Origin: a virus | Taxonomy: Duplodnaviria > Caudoviricetes | Strand: one strand, 5' to 3' | Virus record (IMG/VR): IMGVR_UViG_3300036782_000031 | Span: 1-54,966 of that record | DNA: 54,966 nt | In this document: positions 16,874 to 26,037 of the stretch, in pieces | Layout of the letters: each line of letters begins with the position of its first letter | Position numbering within the stretch: position 1 is the first letter of the stretch | The notes under the pieces: model-generated | Databases searched by the model: none | What the model was told of the DNA's origin: nothing | What the model saw: the letters and a program-made list of their open reading frames with translations, nothing else | Position numbers and translations under genes: made by a program

Positions 16874-16900
16874 GCGAAATCGCAGACCGTAGGGTACCTT
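16871..16900 (+). promoter_or_regulatory. Candidate late-operon promoter TAGGCG-N18-TACCTT
   Basis: GCGAAA..GCAG..CGTAGGGTA closely matches the promoter at 393-422. Confidence 0.5.
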
Positions 16901-16920
16901 TCTGCCTCGGGAGGGCAAAT

Positions 16921-17466
16921 ATGTCCCGGTCTGCGGAAACCGATCACCACGACGACGCACACCCGTACGTCCCGTCACGCCGCAAACCGGCTGGCGGGAC
17001 GAACCTTCTGGACGACGAGCTCAAGGGACACGAGAGGCTTCGGCTGATCGCTGACCTGGCGATGAATGAGCTGAGTCACCGGGAACTAGCCCACCGAGAA
17101 GGCGTCACCCAGGCGGACGTGAAGGAATTCGCGACAGCGCACGTAGGCGAGATCGCCGAGGTCCGAGCGGCGCTGGCAGGCCAGCTGGCTATTGAGTCGG
17201 CTGGCCTTTGGATTTCCAAGAAGCAGAACCGGCTGGCGGAGTATCAGAACGAGGCCGAGGAGATCAGGGACTTCCTGGCGGACATGCGCCACCAGGGCAT
17301 CCGCTGGTCCCGCTCTCATCGCGACATGCTCAAGCTCTATTTCGACATCTTCAAGCAGGCTGCAGACGAACTGGGTGCATACCCGCAGCGTGCTCAGGCA
17401 CCGGCTCGAACTGGACAAACTGTCCATTATGTCATAGATACCGAAAATCCAGGAGCGCTTCAATGA
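16921..17466 (+). CDS. Probable terminase small subunit
   Basis: HTH-like segment (LSHRELAHREGVTQADV) then helical region; first gene of the virion operon. Confidence 0.55.
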   Translation: MSRSAETDHHDDAHPYVPSRRKPAGGTNLLDDELKGHERLRLIADLAMNELSHRELAHREGVTQADVKEFATAHVGEIAEVRAALAGQLAIESAGLWISKKQNRLAEYQNEAEEIRDFLADMRHQGIRWSRSHRDMLKLYFDIFKQAADELGAYPQRAQAPARTGQTVHYVIDTENPGALQ

Positions 17467-17966
17467 GCAAGCTCGGAGAGTATCGGAAGGCACTCACCGG
17501 TGTGGCTGCCGTCGCGGTTACCTACCTCAGCACCTACTACTCACACACCCACTGGGTCGGCATCGTCGTCGGTGTCGCCGGAGCCCTCGGCGTCTACGCG
17601 GTGCCCAACGCGCCCGGCGAGAAGACGATCAACGCGCTGCTCCCGTACGTCGAGCAGATGTTCAAGGACGGCAAGTTCGACAAGTACATGCCCCAGCCGG
17701 CAACGCTGGCCCCTGTGCAGCACTCCTACGCCAGCGGTTACGGCGGGCAGGGTGGCAGCAGCTTGTCCAGCGGACAGGGCAGCACGGCTGTTGGCGGAGC
17801 TGGCGGTGGGGGAGGTGGCGGAGGACTTGTGAGCCCTGCTGGCTCCGGGTCGGCTAACAGCGGCACTGCCTCGGCCCCTGCCTCACCGCCACTGTCCGAT
17901 GTGGCAGGAGTCCCGGCTCCTGAGACCACACCCGTAGACCCCACCCCACCCACTCCGGCCGCCTGA
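17463..17966 (+). CDS. Holin-like two-TM protein with Gly/Pro-rich tail
   Basis: YRKAL..TM..TM..ALGVYAVPN pattern typical of actinophage holins. Confidence 0.6.
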   Translation: MSKLGEYRKALTGVAAVAVTYLSTYYSHTHWVGIVVGVAGALGVYAVPNAPGEKTINALLPYVEQMFKDGKFDKYMPQPATLAPVQHSYASGYGGQGGSSLSSGQGSTAVGGAGGGGGGGGLVSPAGSGSANSGTASAPASPPLSDVAGVPAPETTPVDPTPPTPAA

Positions 17967-17975
17967 TCTCCGCCG

Positions 17976-18383
17976 GTGGACGCGCAGGGGCAGTCCTTCT
18001 ACACAACGCCTGAGCAAGAAGCCTGTCAGGTGCGCTCACCGGGGTGTACGGGCATCGTTGCCCAGCTTATCTTCTGCAGGATAGAAGGCCGATCGCTGCC
18101 GGCGTGCCAGTACTGCTTCGTGCTGTGGCGCACCAAGGTTCGGGACGAGGGCACGCAAGTCCTGGTAAACCGGTGCCCCAACTGCGCAGACTGGCACCCG
18201 GCCACGATCGCCGTCACAGACGTCGCCGCATCCGTTCCGCTCGCGGGTGCGGCGGCTCAGGCAATAAATGATGCCATGTGGAAAGAGGGACTCCTGCAGG
18301 ACGTACGCCGGAAGATACTGATCCGCCTAGCGAATGAGTATCCCTGGCTGGCGACTGCTTTCGAGCGGGAGATCGCCGCATGA
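17976..18383 (+). CDS. Zinc-binding hypothetical protein
   Basis: CQVRSPGC, CQYC, CPNC. Confidence 0.6.
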   Translation: MDAQGQSFYTTPEQEACQVRSPGCTGIVAQLIFCRIEGRSLPACQYCFVLWRTKVRDEGTQVLVNRCPNCADWHPATIAVTDVAASVPLAGAAAQAINDAMWKEGLLQDVRRKILIRLANEYPWLATAFEREIAA

Positions 18384-19732
18384 CAATGCCAGCGATCACG
18401 GAGCACAGGTTCAGTCCGCGCGGCGCGTGTGCTGACCTGTTCAACGCTCGTGATCCTGAGGTGCTCGTCGCAGGCCCGGCCGGGACAGGGAAGAGCCGGG
18501 CCTGCCTTGAGAAGCTCCACATCATGATGCTACTGAATCCCGGGGCACGCGGGCTGATCGCTCGGAAGGCTGCGGTCACGCTCAGCAGCACTGCCCTCGT
18601 GACTTGGCAAAGGTTCGTCGCCAAGGAGGCCATTGAGGTCGGCGACGTCGTGTACTACGGCGGCAGCGCGCAGGAGCCTGCGAGTTACCAGTACAAGAAC
18701 GGCAGCGTCGTCTCCATCGGCGGGCTGGACAAGGTGAGCAAGATCATGTCGGCGGAGTACGACGTGGTCTATGTCCAGGAGGCCACGGAGCTGACAGAGA
18801 ACGACTGGGAGAGCATCACCACCCGGCTGCGGAACTGGCGCATCACGTTCCAGCAGCTGATCGCAGACTGCAACCCGCAATCCCCAGAACACTGGCTGAA
18901 GCAGCGGGCTGACAATGGCAAGACTCTCATGCTGGAGAGCCGCCACGAGGACAACCCCATCCTCTTCACCGGGGATGGGGTCATCACAGATAAGGGTGCC
19001 GCCTACATCTCGAAGCTGGACGCGCTGTCGGGCGTACGGTATCAGCGGCTGCGACTGGGACGATGGGTAGCGGCCGAAGGCGTCATCTACGAAGACTGGG
19101 GCCAGGTCCACCTGACCGACGGGCCGCGCGTCACCACGGAGCACGTAGACAGCTCCGGCATCCCGATGAGCTGGCCGCGCTACTGGAGCGTGGACTTCGG
19201 CTACACCAACCCGTTCGTGTGCCAGTTCTGGGCGGAGGATGGCGACGGCCGGTTGTGGATGTACCGGGAGATCTACCACACGCACCGGACGGTTGACCAG
19301 CACGCCAAGAAGATCCTGGACCTGGTGCGGAACGAGTACGACTCCTGGATCGAGCCGCGTCCGCGCAGCATCGTCTGCGACCACGACGCGGAAGGTCGCG
19401 CCACTCTCGAGGACTGCATCGGCCAGAGCACCGAACCGGCGCACAAGTCAGTGCTGGAAGGCATCGAGAGCGTGCAGCGTAGGCTGCGGCTTCAGCCGGA
19501 TGGCCAGCCGCGCCTCTTCATCCTCCGCTCCGCCCTCGTGGAGCGCGATCAGGAACTGGCTGACGCCGGTCGCCCGACGTGCACGATGGAAGAGCTGCCC
19601 GCGTACGTGTGGTCCAGCAAGAAGAAGGAACAGCCCCACAAGGAAGACGACCACGGCGCTGACGCGATGCGGTATGTCGTAGCCCACAAGGACTTCGGCA
19701 TCCGCCCGATCTACAGGAGCTTCACGGTATGA
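18380..19732 (+). CDS. terL: Terminase large subunit
   Basis: Walker A GPAGTGKS; Walker B VVYVQE; motif III DCNP; nuclease SVDFGYTNP and DDHGADAMRY. Confidence 0.95.
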   Translation: MTMPAITEHRFSPRGACADLFNARDPEVLVAGPAGTGKSRACLEKLHIMMLLNPGARGLIARKAAVTLSSTALVTWQRFVAKEAIEVGDVVYYGGSAQEPASYQYKNGSVVSIGGLDKVSKIMSAEYDVVYVQEATELTENDWESITTRLRNWRITFQQLIADCNPQSPEHWLKQRADNGKTLMLESRHEDNPILFTGDGVITDKGAAYISKLDALSGVRYQRLRLGRWVAAEGVIYEDWGQVHLTDGPRVTTEHVDSSGIPMSWPRYWSVDFGYTNPFVCQFWAEDGDGRLWMYREIYHTHRTVDQHAKKILDLVRNEYDSWIEPRPRSIVCDHDAEGRATLEDCIGQSTEPAHKSVLEGIESVQRRLRLQPDGQPRLFILRSALVERDQELADAGRPTCTMEELPAYVWSSKKKEQPHKEDDHGADAMRYVVAHKDFGIRPIYRSFTV

Positions 19733-19806
19733 GCGCCGAACTGTTTGCAGCCGTTCTGGCAGCCGTCATCTGTCTGGCTTTGCTGTGGGCTCTGGGGGTC
19801 CTGTGA
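19729..19806 (+). CDS. 25-aa single-TM peptide
   Basis: MSAELFAAVLAAVICLALLWALGVL; ATGA and GTGA overlaps. Confidence 0.5.
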   Translation: MSAELFAAVLAAVICLALLWALGVL

Positions 19807-20057
19807 CGTATCTGCCGCAGGCCCAGGCTCCCACCCGGCTGGGTCGCATCAGGGAGCGCGCCGGAGGCTTCGCAGCCAGCCTCAGGACCCAGGCCAAGCT
19901 CCGTTCTCGCCCACTCCGAGCACACCTGCAGGATCACGCCTATACATTGGTGGGATTCGGATCTATCGACGCAGCATGTTTCCTACACTCGCTCTTTTGT
20001 GGGCTGCTTGTTGGTGGTATCTTGGTGCTTGTTTTCGAGTGGAAGGTGAGCGACTAG
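19803..20057 (+). CDS. Small membrane protein
   Basis: C-terminal hydrophobic helices; coupled to neighbours. Confidence 0.6.
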   Translation: MTYLPQAQAPTRLGRIRERAGGFAASLRTQAKLRSRPLRAHLQDHAYTLVGFGSIDAACFLHSLFCGLLVGGILVLVFEWKVSD

Positions 20058-20599
20058 TGCTGCCATCCCTCACAGACCTCGACCAGTACAGCAAAGCGGG
20101 GTGGCCGAAGACCTGGCCTGCTACCTCGCGGACGTTCTGGTCACCGGTGGATGATGTGCACGGCGCGCTGGCCGCGCTGCTGAAGTCCGCTACCATCTCC
20201 GTCGTGGTTGCCATGTACGGCTTCGACGACGAGGAGCTGGCTGAGATCATCCGGGCCAAGATAGACCAGCCGGGTGTCTTCGTTCAGCTGAGCCTGGACA
20301 AGACCCAGGCGGCCGGGAAGGCTGAGCAGGCCATCCTGACGAAGAACGACTTCCCTGCAACCAGCATCGCCATCGGTCATAGCGAGCGCGGCGCCATCAT
20401 GCACCTCAAGACCTTCATCGTCGATGGGGTCTATGTGGCAACCGGCTCGACCAACTGGTCGACGGGCGGCGAGACGAAGCAGGACAACCAGCTCACCATC
20501 GTGAGCAACCCGTACGAGTCAGCGAACGCCAGGGCTCGGGTCGACACCATCCATGACAACATGCTCCAGCAGATGGCAGCCAGGAGGGTGGTGACGTAA
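20057..20599 (+). CDS. Phospholipase D superfamily (single HKD, Nuc-like) protein
   Basis: MHLKTFIVDG..TGSTNWS..DNQL = HxK(x)4D(x)6GSxN; VAMYGF. Confidence 0.85.
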   Translation: MLPSLTDLDQYSKAGWPKTWPATSRTFWSPVDDVHGALAALLKSATISVVVAMYGFDDEELAEIIRAKIDQPGVFVQLSLDKTQAAGKAEQAILTKNDFPATSIAIGHSERGAIMHLKTFIVDGVYVATGSTNWSTGGETKQDNQLTIVSNPYESANARARVDTIHDNMLQQMAARRVVT

Positions 20600-22075
20600 A
20601 TCCCAAAGTCCCTGATCGGCAAAGTGCTGAATCAGGGGTCACCGGTTCCACTTGCTTCTAAGTGGGGCGGTAGCCAGAGCGGCCTGTATGGAACTGGCAT
20701 TCAAGACCGATTTACCATGATGAGCTCGATGGGGCTCCAGGGAACGCTGTTCGCAATCGTCCAGCTTCTCTCCACCGGCAGCCAAGCCTATGGCGGATGG
20801 CAGCTGTTTAAGACCCCCACCGACGCCCGCGTCCGTTACTCCAAGAGCGATGTCGGCAGCGACCAGCGCACTGAGGTCCTGCAGCACCAGGCACTGAAGC
20901 TGTGGAACAACCCCAACCCGTTCATGACTGGGCCGGAGTTCCGTGAGATCGGCTGGCAGCACATGGAGCTGGCCGGTGAGTGGTACTGGGTCCTCGACAG
21001 GGGTCCAAGTGGACAGGGAGTCCCGACGGAGATGTGGCCCGTGCGGCCAGACCGCATGGAGCCGGTGCCCGATCCGCAGCAATTTCTCAAGGGCTGGATT
21101 TACACAGGCCCAAACGGTGAGGCTGTGCCACTCGCAGCGAGTGAGGTCATACAGCTCCGTTACCCGCATCCGACTGATTACTTTCGCGGTCTCAGCGCGG
21201 TTCAGAGTGTTCTTGTGGACATTGATGCCGCGAAGTATTCTGCGGAGTGGTCGCGGAACTTCTTCCTCAACTCCGCACAACCGGGCGGGATCGTAACCTT
21301 CAGCAAGCGGCTGTCGGATGAGGAGTTCAACGAGTTCACAGACCGCTGGCGTGAGCAGCATCAGGGTGTGGCGCGCGGGCACCGGGTAGGCGTCCTGGAG
21401 CAAGGCGCAGCGTGGACCCCGAACACCTACTCCATGCAGGACATGCAGTTCGCCGAGCTGCGGCGCGTCACGAGCGACATGATCCGGCAGGCGTACCGCG
21501 TCCATGAGGCGATGCTCGGTGGCAGCACAGACGTCAACCGGGCCAACGCCCAGACTGCCCAGGAAGTCCACATCTCCTGGCACGAGGTGCCGCGCCTCAA
21601 CCGGCTGAAGAACACGCTCAACTCCAAGTTCCTCAGCATGTTCAACGCGGAGGACGTCTACCAGTTTGACTTCCCGGACCCCAACCCAGAGAACCGGGAA
21701 GAGGCCAACGAGGAGCTGACGTCCAAGACGCAGGCTGCCTCCGTCCTCGTGTCCGCCGGATATGACCCCAACGATGTGCTGGAGGCTGTCGGCCTGCCAG
21801 ACATGAAGGTGGTCGAGAAGGCCACGCCCGAACCAGCACTGCCACCCGGATGGGTACCGGCCGCTCCGGCTGGGGCTCCCGGCGCACCGGCCGCGCCCGG
21901 CGCTCCGACACCTCCCAAGCCATCCACGTCGCAGCCCGCTCCGGAAGGCGACCCCGGCTCGCCAGGCGGCGACAGCGCGCCCGCCCAGACCAACCTGCTC
22001 AGCGTCACGGCGCTCGTCGAGCAGGCAGTCAAGCAGATCAAGGCCAACGGCAACGGGCACAAGGTGAACCAGTGA
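20600..22075 (+). CDS. Portal protein (HK97 type); start either ATC 20600 or GTG 20624
   Basis: NNPNPFMTG, LAGEWYW, WPVRPDRM, RGLS, NFFLNSAQPGG, VLEQG; Pro-rich tail. Confidence 0.9.
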   Translation: MPKSLIGKVLNQGSPVPLASKWGGSQSGLYGTGIQDRFTMMSSMGLQGTLFAIVQLLSTGSQAYGGWQLFKTPTDARVRYSKSDVGSDQRTEVLQHQALKLWNNPNPFMTGPEFREIGWQHMELAGEWYWVLDRGPSGQGVPTEMWPVRPDRMEPVPDPQQFLKGWIYTGPNGEAVPLAASEVIQLRYPHPTDYFRGLSAVQSVLVDIDAAKYSAEWSRNFFLNSAQPGGIVTFSKRLSDEEFNEFTDRWREQHQGVARGHRVGVLEQGAAWTPNTYSMQDMQFAELRRVTSDMIRQAYRVHEAMLGGSTDVNRANAQTAQEVHISWHEVPRLNRLKNTLNSKFLSMFNAEDVYQFDFPDPNPENREEANEELTSKTQAASVLVSAGYDPNDVLEAVGLPDMKVVEKATPEPALPPGWVPAAPAGAPGAPAAPGAPTPPKPSTSQPAPEGDPGSPGGDSAPAQTNLLSVTALVEQAVKQIKANGNGHKVNQ

Positions 22076-23061
22076 TCCGCAACCCGTACCCGTGGCGCAG
22101 CAGCCGGGCGTCGTGGCAGCGCAACCGCACACGAGTGCGCAACGAGTACTACCAGAGCACTCCGCCCAACCCGCCCGACCTGGACGACATGTTCTGGAAC
22201 ATCGTCCTCGCGTACTCACCGGATCAGCCGCGCGGCGACGATGGCAAGTGGCTCGGCGGCGAACAGGAGTGGGAGCAAAAGGGCGAGGAGATCTACAAGG
22301 AGCACGAGTACAAGGGAACCGGCGCCAAGATCCCGGCCTCCGAAGAGGTGTGGGCCAACAACCGCAGCCAGGCCATCTGGCCGGAGTCGGTTGACCCAAC
22401 CAAGTGGGAGAAGCAGGGCACCCACGGTGTGGGTCCAGACGTTTCGGTCTCTAAGGCTGTCTTCGCTGACTACCCGAAACAACGCGAGGAGATGCTAGCC
22501 AGTGTGCACCAGGCCCTGGCTGACCTCAACCCTCATATCAACGACGTCCTGGCCAAGCGCGGCGAGCAGGTCCGCATCGGCGACAACAAGGACGTCGACA
22601 ACATCGTCGGCGAGCGGTACTCCGAGACGCTAGGCGCGGCGGACGAGGACGGCCACCTGGTCGTGGACGGAACCATCCGGGACAAGACCCAGAGCGTCAA
22701 GCACGTTGCGCTGCACGAGATGATGCATGCGTTTGACTTCTCGGCCGACCCCAAGGGCGACGGTACCTGGCTGAGCGAGGACCCCAAGTTCCTGGCCATC
22801 AGCGACAAGATCTCTGACGCCATTGATGATGGCACCATCCGGGGCACCAACCCTGAGTTCACGAGCCCGTCTGCCAGCGGGCTGATGGACAGCGACTTCC
22901 AGGCTGAGCGGTTTGCCGAGCTGGCCGCCTGGTATCTGGACCGCGCCAACAACGGCGCGAAGATCCAGCTGGGCGAGACCAGCGCATCCAAGATCCCCGG
23001 ACCAATCCGGGCCGAGCTGGTCCTGTGGTTCAGGAACCAGGGAATGGCGCCGCCACAATGA
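22072..23061 (+). CDS. HExxH zinc metallopeptidase-like protein in the head module
   Basis: ALHEMMHAFD with downstream ERFAE; YSPDQPRGDDGKW linker; GTGA overlap with portal. Confidence 0.75.
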   Translation: MIRNPYPWRSSRASWQRNRTRVRNEYYQSTPPNPPDLDDMFWNIVLAYSPDQPRGDDGKWLGGEQEWEQKGEEIYKEHEYKGTGAKIPASEEVWANNRSQAIWPESVDPTKWEKQGTHGVGPDVSVSKAVFADYPKQREEMLASVHQALADLNPHINDVLAKRGEQVRIGDNKDVDNIVGERYSETLGAADEDGHLVVDGTIRDKTQSVKHVALHEMMHAFDFSADPKGDGTWLSEDPKFLAISDKISDAIDDGTIRGTNPEFTSPSASGLMDSDFQAERFAELAAWYLDRANNGAKIQLGETSASKIPGPIRAELVLWFRNQGMAPPQ

Positions 23062-23198
23062 GGATCATCTACCACGACGACGCCGGGAACATCAGGTATG
23101 CCAACAACTACCATCCCGGCGACAAGCTGCCCGGCAAGACACCGGCAAAGGCCACCGCCGAGGCAGCGCCGAAGGAACCGAACAAGGAGGAGGCATGA
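23058..23198 (+). CDS. 46-aa hypothetical protein (not in ORF track)
   Basis: MRIIYHDDAGNIRYANNYHPGDK...; ATGA overlaps at both ends. Confidence 0.6.
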   Translation: MRIIYHDDAGNIRYANNYHPGDKLPGKTPAKATAEAAPKEPNKEEA

Positions 23199-24529
23199 GT
23201 CGAAACACGCCCTGGCGAACGTCCAGGAAACAGTACGCTCTGCACCAGAAGTCGAACGACTGGTACCGGATTCGCAACCAGGTCAACGGACCGACTCAGC
23301 TTCACATCTACGATGAGATCGGCTACTTCGGGGTGTCGGCTGGCGACATGATCCGGGACCTGGCGAATGTTGACGGGCCTGTGGAGGTCCACCTCAACTC
23401 GCCGGGCGGTGAGGTGTTCGACGGCATCGCGATCTACAACGCGCTGCTGGCTCGGAAGGACGTCACCGTCATCATCGACGGGCTGGCCGCTTCTATCGCA
23501 AGCGTCATCGCGATGGCGGGCAACCCGGTCCTGATCGCACGGAACGCCCAGATGATGGTGCACGATGGGTTCGGGATGGCCATCGGCAACGCCCAGGACC
23601 TCCGGGAACTGGCTGAGCTGCTGGACAGGACGAGCAACAACATCGCCAACATCTACAGCGACCACACCGGCCACCCGCAGGACTACTGGCGGAACATCAT
23701 GAAGGCCGAGACGTGGTACGACAGCGCCGAGGCCATCGAGGCCGGGCTGGCCGACCGTCTGGTTGACTCCGGTGCGGGCCGCCAGGTCAACCTGACGCAG
23801 CCGCCAGGGGACAAGTGGGATCTGGGTGGAGCGTTCCGGGTGGACGGTACGCGCTCCGCTCCCTCTCTCGTGAACGCCAACCAGCAAACCCACGCTCCGA
23901 TGTCCGGCACCCACAGCCACGATCACTACGGGCAGGGTCAGCAGGACGCGGCCGAGGGTACGCACAACCACAGCCACACTCACGACAACGACGCCGACCA
24001 CTCCCACCATGCAGCATGGGATCCGGACGGCAACGGCGATGACGACAGCACGCCAGAGGGTGACACGGACCACAGCCACTGGGCTCCGGACGGCACCCAG
24101 AAGAAGTCCGTTCCGGGCAAGCCGCTGGACTCCTACGGCAACCGCATCGACATCACCAACGCTTCCGTGGACAACAGCCCGTGGGATGGCGGCAAGGCCA
24201 TGAGCAACGCGGCCAATGCCGACAACCCGGCTGGCTTCTACGCAGGCATCTGCGCCGGGAAGCGTTCCGGCGACACCAGCGTGCAGGCAACGTGGGCGTT
24301 GCCGTACCGCTATACCCCGAACTCCGCGCCGAACGCGGCCGGTGTCAAGAACGCTTTGAGTCGGCTGCCTCAGACTCAGGGTCTCGTCAACAAGGAGGCG
24401 GCTCAGTCCAAGCTCGAAGGGCTGATGAAGCAGGTCAACCCGGACTGGGAGCCAAGCGCCAGTCTCGAAAACCCGTTCGGCCTGTCGGCGGAGGACTTCG
24501 ACCGCATCGCCAGGGAACTTAGGCTCTGA
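23195..24529 (+). CDS. ClpP-family prohead maturation protease with His/Asp-rich insert and C-terminal domain
   Basis: IYDEIG, LNSPGGEVFDG, AASIAS, MMVHD, ETWY..EA...GLAD. Confidence 0.9.
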   Translation: MSRNTPWRTSRKQYALHQKSNDWYRIRNQVNGPTQLHIYDEIGYFGVSAGDMIRDLANVDGPVEVHLNSPGGEVFDGIAIYNALLARKDVTVIIDGLAASIASVIAMAGNPVLIARNAQMMVHDGFGMAIGNAQDLRELAELLDRTSNNIANIYSDHTGHPQDYWRNIMKAETWYDSAEAIEAGLADRLVDSGAGRQVNLTQPPGDKWDLGGAFRVDGTRSAPSLVNANQQTHAPMSGTHSHDHYGQGQQDAAEGTHNHSHTHDNDADHSHHAAWDPDGNGDDDSTPEGDTDHSHWAPDGTQKKSVPGKPLDSYGNRIDITNASVDNSPWDGGKAMSNAANADNPAGFYAGICAGKRSGDTSVQATWALPYRYTPNSAPNAAGVKNALSRLPQTQGLVNKEAAQSKLEGLMKQVNPDWEPSASLENPFGLSAEDFDRIARELRL

Positions 24530-24544
24530 GAGGAGCGCACCAAG

Positions 24545-25966
24545 ATGACGATGACCATCCCCACGAAGCCTGAGGAACTGGAAGAGTTCCTGGGCGACCC
24601 GACGAACGTCCGCAACATGATGACGGAGCCGGGCAAGTTCAAGGACTTCATCAAGGCGTACGCCCAGATGACGGTCGACAAGGACAACGACCTGCAGCGG
24701 CAGATCAAGGACCAGGTGCAGCTGGGCCTGGCCGACTTCATGCAGAGCAACGGGATCAACTCCCGTCGGCTGGACCTCAGCAACATGGCCAACAAGCTGG
24801 GTCCGGGCAAGCCCGACATGCGGCGCATCAGCCACGGCAAGGGTGCGGCCTACAACAACGCGAGCTACGGCGCCAAGCTGGAGAACGAGCTCAAGAACCA
24901 CGGCGGCGAGGACCTGAACTTCGAGAGCACCTCGGAGTTCTTCCAGGCCATCTGGCCCCGGTTCGAGACGCTGAAGAACAGCCAGACGCTTGGCAAGAAG
25001 CGCTCGGCCGCGCTGCAGATCCAGAACAGCTTCGGCTCCGAGGTTCCCGCCGACGGTGGCTTCCTCATCCCCGAGGTGCTGCGGTCCGAGATCCTGCAGG
25101 TCGCGCTGGAGGACGCGGTGGTCCGCCCTCGCGCCCAGGTCATCCCGATGGACTCGCTGCGGGTCCCGATCCCGATGATCGACGTGACGAGCAACGTCAG
25201 TTCCGTGTTCGGTGGCGTGGTCTGCTACTGGACGGAGGAAGCGGCGCAGCTCGTGGAGTCGCAGGCGTCGTTCGGCCGGGTCGTGCTGGACGCGAAGAAG
25301 CTCACTGGCTACGCGGAAGTGCCGAACGAACTGCTGGCGGACGCTCCGGCGTTCGGCTCGTTCTTCGACACGATCTTCCCGCGCGCCATCGCCTGGTTCG
25401 AGGACATCGCGTTCATGACGGGCACCGGCGTCGGTGAGCCGCTCGGCTTCGTCAACTGCCCGGCCTCCGTTCAGGTGGCGGCGCAGTCCGGCCAGGCCAG
25501 CCACACCATCGTGTGGGAGAACATCATCAGCATGTACTCCCGCATGCTGCCGACCGCGCTGGGCCGCGCCGTGTGGATCGCTTCCATCGACACCTTCCCA
25601 GAACTGGCGACCATGGCTCTGTCCGTGGGCACCGGTGGTGGGCCGGTCTGGATGGGCAACTACACGGACCCCGGCACCGACACCCCGCCCGTCAACATCC
25701 TGGGCCGTCCGGTGTACTTCACGGAGAAGACCCCGCCGCTGGGCACGACCGGCGACATCTCCTTCGTGGACTTCGGCTACTACCTCATCGGTGACCGACA
25801 GGTCATGCAGTCGATGAGCAGCGAGCACTACAAGTTCCAGAACGACAAGACCGCGTTCCGGGTCATCGAGCGGCTGGACGGTCGGCCGTGGATCCAGAGC
25901 GCGATCACCCCGCACAACAACAGCTCCAACACGCTCACCCCGTTCGTCCAGCTCGCGTCCCGGTAG
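24545..25966 (+). CDS. Major capsid protein (HK97 fold)
   Basis: DGGFLIPE, AKKL, NELLAD, GTGVGEPLG, ILGRPV, GDR, FR..ERLDG. Confidence 0.95.
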   Translation: MTMTIPTKPEELEEFLGDPTNVRNMMTEPGKFKDFIKAYAQMTVDKDNDLQRQIKDQVQLGLADFMQSNGINSRRLDLSNMANKLGPGKPDMRRISHGKGAAYNNASYGAKLENELKNHGGEDLNFESTSEFFQAIWPRFETLKNSQTLGKKRSAALQIQNSFGSEVPADGGFLIPEVLRSEILQVALEDAVVRPRAQVIPMDSLRVPIPMIDVTSNVSSVFGGVVCYWTEEAAQLVESQASFGRVVLDAKKLTGYAEVPNELLADAPAFGSFFDTIFPRAIAWFEDIAFMTGTGVGEPLGFVNCPASVQVAAQSGQASHTIVWENIISMYSRMLPTALGRAVWIASIDTFPELATMALSVGTGGGPVWMGNYTDPGTDTPPVNILGRPVYFTEKTPPLGTTGDISFVDFGYYLIGDRQVMQSMSSEHYKFQNDKTAFRVIERLDGRPWIQSAITPHNNSSNTLTPFVQLASR

Positions 25967-26037
25967 CCAGCAGGCATTCAAACCCCTGCTGGTGAGTTAG
26001 CAGAAGTGCAGTAACGCCCACTTTCAAGGAGAAGGTT

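Noticed and set aside
18764-18781. Inactivated terminase (Walker B YVQE instead of DE)
   Set aside because: The catalytic Glu and all other motifs are intact, so a natural variant is more likely.
23108-25981. 957-aa minus-strand ORF and other long antisense ORFs (20639-22399, 35270-36535, 45991-47379)
   Set aside because: Shadow frames of high-GC genes with clear plus-strand identities; no motifs.
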